Source: Pristiophorus japonicus (Eukaryota). Taken from it: DNA of 64,000 nt. The DNA lies in assembly GCF_044704955.1 (NCBI RefSeq), contig NC_091990.1, positions 14,446,001 through 14,510,000 on the forward strand, given 5' to 3'. Below the pieces are notes generated by a model. That model worked only from the letters and a program-made list of their open reading frames with translations, was not told the DNA's origin and ran no database searches. The position numbers and the translations under genes are program-made. The first letter of the stretch is position 1; every line of letters starts with the position of its first letter. Positions 1 through 11,290 of this stretch are shown here, in pieces.

Positions 1-1660
1 AATGCATTTCCTTACACTTCTCCAGATTGAATTTCATTTTATCGCTGTTTTGCCCACTTGACCAGTCCATTGATATCTTCCTGCAGTCCACAGCTTTCTT
101 CTTCATTATCAACCACAGGGCGAATTTTTGTAACATCTGCGAACTTCTTAATCATACCCGCTATATTCAAGTTTAAATCATTGATTATACACCACAAAAA
201 GCAAGGGACCTAATACTGAGCCCTGTGGAATCACACTGGAAACAGCCTTCTAGTCATAAAACACCCATTGACCAATATCCTTTGCTTCCTGCCTCTAAGC
301 CAATTTTGGATCCAACTTGCAACTTTGCCTTGGATCCTTCCTATGTGCTTTTACTTTCATGACAGTCTGCATGTGGGACCTCACCAAAAGTCTTGATAAA
401 ATCCATATACACCATGTCAAATGCACTACTACACTCATCGACCCTCCTGGTTACCTCCTCAAAAAATGCAATCAAGTTAGTCAGACACGCCCTTCCTTTA
501 ACAAATCCATGCTGACTGTCCTTGATTAATCCATGTCTTTCTAAATGAAGATTTATCCTGTCCCTCAGAATTTTTTCCAATACTTTTCCCACCACCAACT
601 TTAGGCTGACTGGTCTGTAATAACTCGGTCTATCCCTTTCTCCCTTTTTAAACAACGGTATAACATTAGCAGTCCTCTGGCATCACACCTGTTGCCAGAG
701 AGAATTGGAAAATGATGGTTAGAGCCCCTGCTATTTCCTCTCTTGCTTCTCAACAGCCTGGGATACATTTCATCTGGGCCTGGGGACTTATCCACTTTCA
801 AAGATGCTAAACCCCTTAATACTTCCTCTCTCACTATGTTATTTCATTCTCCTCCTCCCTGATTGCAATGTCTGCACGTTCCTCTCTTTTCTGAAAATAG
901 ACGCAAAGTATTCATTAAGAACCTTACCCACGTCTTCTGCCTCCACACAGGTTACTTTTATGGTCTCTATTAGGCCCTGCTCTTTCTTTAGTTATCCTCT
1001 TGCTCTTGATGTATTTATAAAACATCTTTGGGTTTTCCTTGATTTTGCTTGCCAATATTTTATCATGCCCTCTCTTTGCTTTCCTAATTCCATCCCCGCA
1101 CTTTCTATATTCCTCTAGGGGTTCTGCAGTATTGAACCCTCAGTATCTATCATAAGCTTCCTTTTTTTTCTTTATCTGATCCTGTATGCGCCTTGACAGT
1201 CAAGGGGCTCTAGATTTGTTAGTCCCACCCTTTTTCTTTAAGGGAACATACTTGCTCTGAACCCTCCCGATCCCCTCCTTGAATGCCTCCCACTGATCTG
1301 ACACTGATTTACCGTCAAGTAGCTGTTTCTACTCCACTTTGGCTAAATCACATCTCAGCTTAGTAAAATTGGCTTTTCACCAATTGAGAACTTTTATTCC
1401 AAGTCTATTTTTTGTCTTTTTCGATCATAAATGTAACTGAATTATGATCACTATCACCAAAATGCTCTCCCACTGATACTCCTTCCACCTGTCCATCTTC
1501 ATTCCCTAAAACAAAGTACAGAACCGTGCCCGCTCTTGTTGGGCTTGCTACATACTGGCTAAAAAGGTTTTCCTGAATGCATTTTAAGAATTCTGCTCCC
1601 TCTATATCTTTCACACTATTCTATCCCAGTTAATATTAGGGTAGTTGAAATCCCCTTCTC
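1..1660 (-). mobile_element. CR1 LINE fragment (degenerate ORF2, APE end to RT), running off the window start
   Basis: Minus-strand ORF pieces read GDSDHNSV (APE end), KSPGPDEMYPRLL, YRPVSL..VGKVLEKI and SQHGFVKGRACLTNL, typical of CR1 ORF2; multiple frameshifts. Confidence 0.92.
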
Positions 1661-1999
1661 GTTCTTCACTGCATCTCGGGCATGCCAATTCCCTCGGCAG
1701 AGGTGAAGAGGAAATCGTACCCCAGTATCTCTTGCTGGAGTGCAGTTCCACAGATGCCCACAGTCACTCTGGCCCAATTTCCAAGTAGCAATTCCTCACC
1801 CATGATATTAGATAGCAAGCATCACCCAGCTATTTAAATGTGGTGGGGTATTATACCCAAGCCTGATTGTGATCTCACCCGATGTACATGCACATATGTT
1901 TTCCAGCAAGGGTCACTGGATAGAAAGTAGAAATACAACACGGGATGATTTTTCCTCTACATAGCCCAGGACAGATTGTGGCATCATCACCATCACCAC

Positions 2000-2260
2000 T
2001 GGGGGTCGCTAATTCTGGTTAGACGTATTCCTGGAGGTTTCATCACATGACCTCCCACCTCCATCAACTTCACCCAATCAACAGCCGTTTCTTGACCCAT
2101 CTCCAATATTTTTGTAATTAATTAATGAACGTGTTCAAATATCAAAATAAAATTTTTTAATCCCCCGTGTGATTTTTCTCCTGGGTTATTCACGGGAGTG
2201 TCCAGGAGATTAATCTTTAACTCAAAGACTCCAGGACAATCCTGGAGGGTTGGTAATCAT
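2000..2260 (-). mobile_element. hAT (Blackjack-like) MITE, degenerate copy
   Basis: Reverse copy of the TAGGGTTGCCA...TGGCAACCCTA family seen elsewhere in the window; flanks ATCACCAC/ACCACCAC (7/8 match, 8-bp TSD). Confidence 0.75.
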
Positions 2261-2394
2261 ACCACCACAGTCGAGATCACCTAACTCCACATAAACCAGA
2301 AACCTTCCTACCATAATGTGCAGTAAGCCATCACAGAGTCTAGTATTTTTTGTTGTGCTGGAAAATCTCTACTAACACTTGCAAAGGGTGAGCG

Positions 2395-2975
2395 TAACAA
2401 CAACAACTTGCTTCACAGGAGCGTTATCAAACAAAATTTGACACCAAGCTGCACAAGAGGTATTAGGGCAGATGACAACGCAGTAGGTTTTAAGGAGCAT
2501 AGTAAAGGAGGAAAGTGAGGTAGAGGCGAGAGGTTAAGGGAGGGAATTCCAGAGTTTCAGGCCCGAGACAGCTGAAAGCACGGCCGCCATGGTGTAGCGA
2601 CTAAAATTGAGGAGCGCAAGAGGCCAGAATTGGAGGAGTGCAGAAATCTCAGAGGGTTGTAGGCAATGTTTGCTGATTTATTTTTTGGGTGTGTGGCCCC
2701 TTTAAGGGGCTCTACGGCCCAACTTTACAGTGTAAAGGCTGGTCTTATAGAGAACATTGGTTGTAGGGCTGAAGGAGATTGTAGAGATTGTGAGGGGCGA
2801 GGCCAAAGAGGGATTTGAAAACCAGAATGAATATTTTAAAACTGAGGCGTTGTTGGACCACGAGTCAATGTAGGTCAGCGAGCACTGGGGTGTATGAGTG
2901 ATGATGATGTGTGAACGGGACTTGGTTCGAGTTAGGATACAGGGAGCAGAGTTTTGGATAAGCTCAAGTTTAGAG
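2395..2975 (-). mobile_element. L2 LINE 3' fragment interrupted by a small hAT MITE
   Basis: Reverse complement of the L2 3' end at 15480-16258, with a (CAA)n tail at about 2396. Confidence 0.8.
2664..2759. mobile_element. 96-bp hAT-type MITE
   Basis: Termini CAATGTT...GAACATTG; perfect 8-bp TSD GTTGTAGG (2656-2663, 2760-2767). Confidence 0.85.
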
Positions 2976-3869
2976 AATGCAACTGCTATTCCCCCTGATT
3001 AAAGTTCTGTAATTCAAAGGCTTTCATTATAAACACCAACAAGATTTTTTTCAAGGGAAATAGAAAACATTCAGAGTTGAAGCAGGTGCTGGCCAAAAAA
3101 AAAGCAAGCCTCAACTGTATTGCTGCGCACTGGTGTTCATTAAACACTCTTAATTGTTACTGCTCAGTGTTGTGCCAGCGGGAAGCTGTGTGCAGAAATG
3201 ACTATAACGTGCCAAATCCTTTTTGTTAAAGACAGTATTGAAATTGGGAAACAAAACCGAATTTTTGATTCCAGCACTTAGCCCGCTGTGTAATCTGTAG
3301 TTATTTCAATCCGGCTTGTGTCATGCCATGTCCCATTGGCACACAGGCAGATATATGGAGAGGAGTCTGGCACACAAACATGCTGACCTTTTCGCAGCAT
3401 TATTGCATTTTATACAGAAAGTTCTTTGAGGTTTTTTTGCAAGCTCATACAATGAAGTGGATGGTGGTATTCCATAAAATTGCTTTTACTTCTTTTTTTC
3501 CCTTTTGGCTGAACGACTGGGGAGTTTTCTAGATAAACTTAGGAGTCAGAATCAAAAGGACGATATCTGCTAAACACACCACTGCCAACATTTCACATTC
3601 CAAAAGGCGCATTCTTATCAGTCTGTCAGATGTTCCAATGATGTATGTTTTGTTTGTAATGATTCCAGCTTTTTAAAAAAGACACTGGCTGTGGCTGGGG
3701 TGCACTTAATGTGGACTCTGGGAGCTGAATTGATACCTTAGCAAAATGGAGATTCTTCATGAGTGAGCCTAAATTATTAACGTCAGCAAGTTAGCTATTG
3801 GACTGTGGAGGGTATCATGGTTAAGTCTAATTCTGATCATACCTGATCTCACACGTTCTCTCGCACATG

Positions 3870-4100
3870 CACTCCATAGGTGGAGAGAGCCCCCCAGTAT
3901 CTGACTCAAGTGGCCCATTTTTTTGTGTTATATACGAACTGAGCCAGTGAGAATCATCACACTGAAGCCTGATCTTACCCTCACCCAACATCCACAGATA
4001 AGCATTGTCCAAGAGGGAACACCAGCAGCAGTTAGGAGCAGGAACCACAGCAGATATTCTTTTCCCCCTACCTAGCCCAGGGGGCACTGCTAGACTCAGA
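3870..4100 (-). mobile_element. tRNA-derived SINE (AmnSINE2-like) fragment; related degenerate copies at about 1690-1990, 7370-7720, 16660-16900, 21800-21960, 23865-24025, 39240-39425, 50680-50800, 58490-58950 and 59920-60150
   Basis: Recurring motifs GAGTTAGCTGATCTCAG, GGGCTAGG-AGGGGAAAA, CCTGCTCCT-A, GGGTGAGG-AAGATCAGGCT and GAAGAATGGCCACTTG; family name from recognition only. Confidence 0.6.
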
Positions 4101-4334
4101 AATTCATTGGGAATTTGTACTGCTTTAGTTCTTTGCCACAAATAATTTGGAGAGCAGGCTGCAGGCTCAGCAAATTCAGGCACACATTTTAATATAAATT
4201 TCTATCAAATTATGATGAGTAAATGAATACAATCTTGTGTCATGCATGTTCTTCACTTAACAAGGTTCCACGTCATTAGAAAATCAAGCCACTTTGAAGC
4301 AAACAACAACAGAAAATGACTGATTAATGTAATT

Positions 4335-4870
4335 TCAACACCAACAGCTTGTATTTATATAGCGCCTTTAACATAGTAAAATGTCCCATGGCTCTTCACA
4401 GGAGTATTGTAAGACAAAATATTTGAGACAGAGCCACATAAGGAGAAATTCGGACAGGTGACCAAAAGCTTGGTCAAAGACTTAGGTTATAAGGAGCATC
4501 TTAAAAGGAGGAAGGCGAGGTCGAGAGGCAGAGAATTTTAGGCAGGAAATTCCAGAGCTTAGGGCCTAGGCAACAGAAGGCACAGCCACCAATGGTTGAG
4601 CGATTATAATCAGTGAGGGCAGAATTAGAGGAGTGCAGATGTCTCGGGGGGTTGTGGGGCTGGAGGAGATTACAGAGATAGGGAGGGACGAGGCCATGGA
4701 AGGATTTGAAAACAAGGACGAGAATTTTGAAATTGAGGCATTGCTTAACCAGGAGGCAATGTAGGTCAGCAAGTATAGGGGTGATGGGTGAATGGGACTT
4801 GGTGCGAATTAGGACACAGCAGCCGAGTTTAGAGGTAACAAAGGTATGGATGAGGGTTTCAGCAGCGGAT
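4335..4870 (-). mobile_element. L2 LINE 3' fragment
   Basis: ORF 4501-4890 SAAETLIHTFVTSKL...SPITPILADLH..GGCAFCCLGPKLWN is the L2 ORF2 C-terminus; L2 tail GCGCTATATAAATACAAG on the minus strand. Confidence 0.88.
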
Positions 4871-5154
4871 TTCTGCCCCAGTTCCAGCAATGTCGACCGT
4901 TCACCATGTTGTTCACCTCATCTCCTTAGTAACACGGTCTCATCAATAGTAAGAGCCCCTCTACAGCCAGTGTCTCTCTTTCTCTCAACCCCAGTCTCTC
5001 TCTTCCCTCCCCGCCTCCCCCCAGTGTGTCTCTCTCTCTCTCTCTCCCCCACAATGCGGTTCGGTCATATTTCCGGCTTCCTCATATATCGTACTGCGCC
5101 TGGGCAGAGTCCACGGCGCATGCGCAGAAGGACACAAAAATATTCGTGCACATA

Positions 5155-5530
5155 ATTACTCTGAAAAGATTTACAAGAATGATTCCAGGAATGAGGGACT
5201 TCAGTTACATTGATAGACTGGAGAAGCTGAGGTTGTTCTCCTTGGAGCAGAGAAGATTGGGAGGATATGGTAGATAGAGATAAACTGTTCCCATTGGCAG
5301 AAGGGTCGAGAACCAGAGGACACAGATTTAAGGTGATTGGCAAAAGAACCAAAGGCGACATAAGAAAAAACATTTTTACACAGCGAGTGGTTAAGATCTG
5401 AAATGCACTACCTGAAAGAGTGGTCGAGGCAGACTCAAGTTTATCTTTCAAAAGGGAGTTGGATAAGTATTTGAAGGAAAAACAAATTGCAGGGCTACAG
5501 GCAAAGGGCAGGAGAGTGGACTAGCTGAGA
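5155..5530 (+). mobile_element. CR1 LINE 3' fragment
   Basis: KRFTRMIPGMRDFSYIDRLEKLRLFSLEQRRL..TRGH is the CR1 ORF2 C-terminus. Confidence 0.88.
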
Positions 5531-6223
5531 GTCAGCACGGCTCGACACCAGAGTTCCTTCCAACCCATCCAATCACCTGCCCTCTCCCCACTTGGATTTC
5601 CTGACCTTCACACGGAGGAAATGTGGATTAGCTTGCAGGCCACAGCCATGCGGGTGGACACATGCAGTTGGAACATTGGGTGCGTATGCACAGCTCCGGT
5701 GGGGGTGGGATGGTGCTTAGGCTCTCCCCCCCACCCCCCGCCATAGAGGTCTGAATGCGCATAACTTGTTTGTGCAAATAATCACTCAAATAATCCTGAC
5801 ATAGGAGAATTATCAACAGCAGCAGAAAGTTGAACACCATAAAATGAATAGCATTGTCCTATAACCAGTACTGAAATACCCCAATACTCACTTTTGAGTT
5901 CTACCAGTATCGTTAGGGTTGGCACAGGCATGATGGGTAGAATGGCCTTCTTCTGTGCTGTATCATTTCATAATAGCAAGGATTGGAAACAGCTGCTTCA
6001 CTCAAGATGATTTTGTGGGTAAGCACACGAGCGGTGTGGTACCGAGCCATACAAATCAGCAAGGTGCAGATTTGATTGCCTGCACAGTGCTGGGCTCGCT
6101 GATCGCTATCCACTCACCCCTGTTAGTGTCTACACTCGTGCACTTTCTAAGTGAGGGATTAGACGATTATGAAGGGCCCCCAAGGCCCCAGGATCACGCA
6201 ACATGAATGGTCATTAGGTGAGG

Positions 6224-6522
6224 TCAGTACCTATGGACATACCTCAGTGTTCGGTACCAGGGGCTGGACAGTACCTATGGAACTGTACCCCAGGGTGAGG
6301 TATAAGGGAGTGGGCAGTACCTGTGGAGCTGTACCCCAGTGTGAGGTACCAGGGGCTGGACAGTACCTATGGAACTGTACCTCAGGGTGAGGTATAAGGG
6401 AGTGGGCAGTACCTGTGGAGCTGTACCCCAGTGTGAGGTACCAGGGGGTTCCCAGAGCCTGTGGACTTGTACCTCAGTGTTAGGTACTGGGGATTGTCAG
6501 GACCTGTGGAGCTGTACCTCAG
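6224..6522 (+). repeat. 46-bp minisatellite (about 6.5 units, partly alternating A/B) inside an AmnSINE2-like SINE (about 6010-6560)
   Basis: Units CAGTACCT(A/G)TGGA(A/G)CTGTACC(C/T)CAG(G/T)GTGAGGTA... start at 6224, 6269, 6315, 6361, 6407, 6453 and 6498. Confidence 0.92.
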
Positions 6523-8879
6523 CAGGAATTAATGCCTGCAAGAGAGAAAAAGCAAGCAGGAATTGGGGGAAAAAAAGGTCAAAGTTTCACTAGTTCTTCT
6601 GTAACTGTGTTTCATGAGGTTTTAAACAACTGACTTCAAAAGACATTTGATTAAAAAAAATTAAAGATTCTTTCCCTGCCTCATTGTTATTCATGAGCAA
6701 TGTTCAAATCCTCTAACCACAAGTCAAAAAAAAAACAAAAAGTACATTATAGAATTTCAGAATATAGTCAAAGTAAAAATGGTCATTAATAATAAGTGGA
6801 AAGAGTAATTCTGATGAAAGGAATATTCACAAATGTGCTTCTGAATGTAGCCTTGGGACAGAACAGTCTGGATCACTATAACAAAAAAAAATTGAAGCAA
6901 ATTACAGAATATAGTCCTGCCAAAATGATCATTCATAACGACTGGAAATAGTAATTATGATGAAGTCAAAGGTTTGCATAAACATCTTGCCCTGGGGCAG
7001 GAAAGCCTCTGGTGACCATTATTTAATGGCAAAGAATTAAATTCTGTACTAACACTGCGAGAAGGGGGGGAAAGTCATAATATGTTCAAAGGAAATAAAA
7101 TGGACATACTGGAATTGAATTGTGTTTCCCATGAAAGGAGCAAGTTGCATTTTAATAGAACAAAAAAAACCAAGCAATCCTGAAAGACCCATGAAACTGA
7201 AATGGTGCTGAGTCTTGTGTTACTAGAGCACCTCGAGTGGCAGAAGCTCAATCCTGCAATATTCGACAAGCCTTTATACAATACCTGAAGACATGAATCT
7301 TAATTTTTTTTTACAACTTCAATCTTTTTTTCTCCACATTTCTTCTCATGTTCTCCCTGCTAAAGCCTCCAACTCATGCTAGTATACATTTCATAGACAC
7401 CATCAGTCCTCAGATGCCATTCTATATAGGAGCCTAGACAATGAGTATCAGCAGGTATTTGACTGAGGAGAGCATCACGACTGAGCCTAATTCTAGCATT
7501 AGGACATCCACATGTGCCTTCTTCAGCAGTGCATAGCTATCAACAGCAGAAAGCCTGGTTTGATTTGTTCTTCCCCCTTAATCCAGGTCAATGGCAACAC
7601 CAATAACCTTGCCCCAGCTGAGATCAGCCAGCTCAACATAGGTCAGGGATCGAACCTGGAACCTTCCTTATTCGTGTGACTCAGTCCAAGCTGGGCAGTG
7701 CATTCATCCATTAAATCACTGAAAGTCCTAAAGTAGTATTAACATCTGCAGCTTACCTAGTCTAATCCCATTCTATCGCTCACACCCCGACCCTTTAATA
7801 TCCCACCCAGTCTAATCCCACTCTCCCCCTCACTCCCCATACCCTTTGTAACTAAATCTACTTTTAGTTATTTAACAAAGTACAAGATTGGACAAATGAA
7901 TCAGTGAATAATTTAGAGCCCCCAGCACAACATACCCCTTTCAGTCATTAGAAACTTGCAGAATCCACAAAATAAAATCTAATTTGTCTAAATAAAATAG
8001 GAACTTAAGATTCAGGAGGGCTGAATCAGCAGATTCATGCAGCCTGTGGACATGGTTTGACCTTCAGATGCCTTATACCATGAAGAGTAAATGCCTTGTA
8101 GCTCACTGTCTAATCTCTCTGGACCTGTTTAGTTAAGAGGTTTTCGAAGTTACTGCCAGCACATTCTTTGTGTCTGCATTTGCAATGAGCTATTAACTTT
8201 ACTGCATTGCTGGTATAGTATGGGATAGGACAGGATGGGTCAACCCAAGATGGAGGAGTGTATTGGTTCAGTCTGACAGTATGGGATTGCAAGAGATGAC
8301 AATCCAATGCACTATATGATGGTACAGTGCCACACAGAATGGTACAGCACAGTCTGATTGTATGTGATGATTGTATTAGGTACTATATGAAATTATATAG
8401 TCTGTCTTGGATGGTTCACTCATATTGAACAAGATGGTAGTCTAATATTGTAGGATGATACAATTTGATTATTTTAAATAAATTGTTATATTTTATTACC
8501 ATTTTGTCTCAAATGAGATTCTGAGATGCATGTTATTACTTGTTCATATTTATGATAGCAGTTGTTTAACAAAAAGACCCATTTTGTTGCTGCCTTATTG
8601 TGCCTAACTGTGTGTTATATTATTCCAATCTGCAGTAACTCCCCTGTTTTGGTGACTATTACAGATTATCCTTTCTACATCAGTCTAGGTTTGCACAGAG
8701 TACAGCAAGGTCCTTCTATAGTCTGTTCAGTGTCCTCACATCTTGAACCAAGTTCTAACAGTTCATACTATATTTCACACTCAATATTTTGAGAGTATTT
8801 ACCTTAGTATTTTTTTTCCCAGAGACATAAGTCACCTCGATAAGAGTTCTGTCCTATTTCATCTTACCATTTAAAACAG

Positions 8880-8970
8880 CTATACTGAATTGACCGATAT
8901 CAGCCAGGGTACCAATGGGCTGCTACATAGAAGAGAGCAGAATGAGTCTCGAATATCACAAAGTGAAGAG
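8880..8970 (+). CDS. Candidate internal exon (YTELTDISQGTNGLLHRREQNESRISQSEE), gene unknown
   Basis: Acceptor ttaccatttaaaacag, consensus donor GAG|gtaagt, open frame, non-repetitive sequence; no homology recognised. Confidence 0.25.
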
Positions 8971-9194
8971 GTAAGTAGTAGGGTGAAGAGAGTCTGTGGG
9001 ACAGTATTTGCAGCAAAGGAGGAACAAGATGGTGAAAGTTCACAGGAGCACTGATCGACATAAAACACAGTAAGACAGAAAAGGACGTGACAGAGAGAAG
9101 GGTTGGAGGCTACGGACGAGAGAAAAATAACACATTAAGTGACAAATATTTTCTAGTATTTTGTCCAAGATTACAAAAGAGGCGCTAAAGAAAG

Positions 9195-9345
9195 GACTTT
9201 CATTTACATGGCATCTTTCATGATCTCAGGATGTCCCAAAGCACTTTACAGCCAATGAAGTACTTTTGAAGTGTAGTCACTGTTGTAATGTAGAAAACAG
9301 CACAGCCAATTTGCACACAGCAAGATCCCACAAGTAATGAAATTG
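9195..9345 (-). mobile_element. Deu-SINE 3' fragment
   Basis: Reverse of GTGGGATCTTGCTGTGTGCAAATTGGCTG...ACTACACTTCAAAAGTACTTCATTGGCTGTAAAG. Confidence 0.8.
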
Positions 9346-10440
9346 TAGGAAAAGAGCATCTCCATATAGGAAAGCTGTATTCCAAAGATTGGGCCTTGTA
9401 TAGAGTTAGGGACTGAAGAATACTCAAATATTGGAGTTGTTGAATGGAAGTGTGTCTGGCAAGAAGCAACAGCTTGGCGTTCTCAGAGACATTTTATCAA
9501 TGGAGGGACGGCAGTTCCATTTGAGGCTAGAGAAAATTAGTGGGGCCAGAAATGCTGGCGGACAAAGCTATTGCAATGAGACTTCACCTAACTACATCCC
9601 ATAATTTTAATAAATCTGCTTGAAATGTTATACCATAGCTATGATGGTTCTGTTTATGTATCTGACAGTTTTTAAATTTACCTTCTGTGGAGCTCAACTG
9701 TGACAGCCAGTTGTCAGCAAATGGTAGTCAATTAACTCAAATTGCTTCCTCAAAAACATTCTTTAGATAGCACATTTGACTGGCTGGAGTCAGATAATCT
9801 CTGATTTTTTCCCATGTTTTTATGCAAGAATTGGAGGAGGGATCAGAAGATTTCAAATTAAAGATCACTCCAAGAGCCCCTGTTGTTGTTGCCTCGCAAA
9901 TAGATGTTAATCTTTACCCCCTTCTCTCTCCTGGAGGTGGAGTGCGCTTCCCAGATCATGAGGGAGTCTGAACAGTTCGCGTCGAGCAGATTATTTGACC
10001 CCAGTCAAACCTAATCATGTCCTCATCCAACATTAGTACACTTCCCATCGTGCCATGACCTGTGGAATGGCTTCTATTTTTTACATCAAACATGACCCAC
10101 CTCTCTCGCCAGCACTGCCCATGGTATTAAAAAGTCTCATCTATTACCACACCTCCAGTTTTGTCCATTTTGCTGGCAAAAAAAGGCTGTTTGACTGACA
10201 GTCAAGAATCCTCCAACCCGATAATGAAAAGTCGATTTGCTTTCCAATTGCCATGGGGAGATGGCCCACTGTGAATATGGAAATGTTAGGCGACCAATGG
10301 CAGGAGTGTGGGGGCGAGGCTGTCGGAGGTAGGTCATGGCTAATGTAAATGTTGGTCCTTTAGAGGACGAGATCAGGGAATTAGTAATGGGGAACATGGA
10401 GATGTCAGAAACTCTGAACAAATATTTTGTATCAGTCTTT

Positions 10441-10803
10441 CATCTTCATCATATGCGGTCCTCTAACGAGGATGACTTGCTTCCACGAGAGTTCACAGAT
10501 GTTTCAATGAAGGACCCGATGTTCCAGTCCTGAACTCCAATTGAGGGGGTGGAAGATGCCTGTGCGTGAATTTTTTTAACGTGTGGTGACCATTGCACAT
10601 CAACCACCACACGGGCTTGACAGAGCTAGGCCTTTATCCAGTTGCAAGGATTAACCAGGACGACTGGAGACCTGCTCTGCTGCACGGACCTAGTGCGCAC
10701 ACATATCGCAGTGTGGGCAGGTCCATGCTGCCCCTGGGCCCTCGGCTCTTCTGGGCCCCGTACCCTCATTCGCCACACCTCCGCCACGATGTTCCAGGGC
10801 CCT
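10441..10803 (-). mobile_element. Non-autonomous bipartite RTE-derived retroposon
   Basis: Reverse complement of 18300-18724; ends in the RTE tail GGAAGCAAGTCATCCTCG...(GAT)n shared with the RTE at 29438. Confidence 0.8.
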
Positions 10804-11047
10804 AGATCAGGGTTAGGAGTTCTTTGTACGTTTTGGTCATTGTCTTCGCTGGTGTCAGCAAGTCCCTGACGAGGCCATAGACGGTGGACCCACAATTGGT
10901 TAGCAAAATAGTTCTGCGCTTATCAGCCAGTGTGGCCGGGTCATCTCCTGTCAGGTCGTTTGCTGTGAAGAAATGGTCGAGCCTCTCCACAAAGGCGTCC
11001 CAATCATCACCATCAGCGAACTGCTGCAACGTACCAAGGGTAGCCAT
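10802..11047 (-). pseudogene. gag: Ty3/Gypsy gag N-terminal fragment
   Basis: MATLGTLQQFADGDDWDAFVERLDHFFTANDL...ADKRRTILLTNCG..YGLVRDLLTP..TYKELL lies directly downstream of an LTR and PBS. Confidence 0.85.
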
Positions 11048-11068
11048 TTTCATGTGAAAGTTCGTAAT

Positions 11069-11290
11069 CTCATCGCCAATTGTTGTGTCCTTAGATGCTC
11101 TAATAATGACTCCACGAGGCAATGTGTTGTACTTGAACTGTAGTGACCTTAGTCCTTTATTTGCTAACTCCAGAGTGAGGATCACATCTGGTGGCCTGTT
11201 TTTTATACTAGGCCAGGCACACCTGTACAGGTAACCTACAAGTCTCCCACTGCTGTGTCCTCTGGTGGCACACCTTGTGATGTATCCTAC
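11069..11290 (-). mobile_element. Gypsy 5' LTR (11081-11290) and primer-binding site
   Basis: Minus strand reads TGTAGG...CAACA with TATAAAA and AATAAA inside, then AT and TGGCGATGAG (PBS, probably tRNA-Ser). Confidence 0.8.

Noticed and set aside
6224-6522. CRISPR-like palindromic repeat array
   Set aside because: Units are contiguous with no unique spacers, there are no cas genes, the context is vertebrate, and the unit derives from a SINE tail
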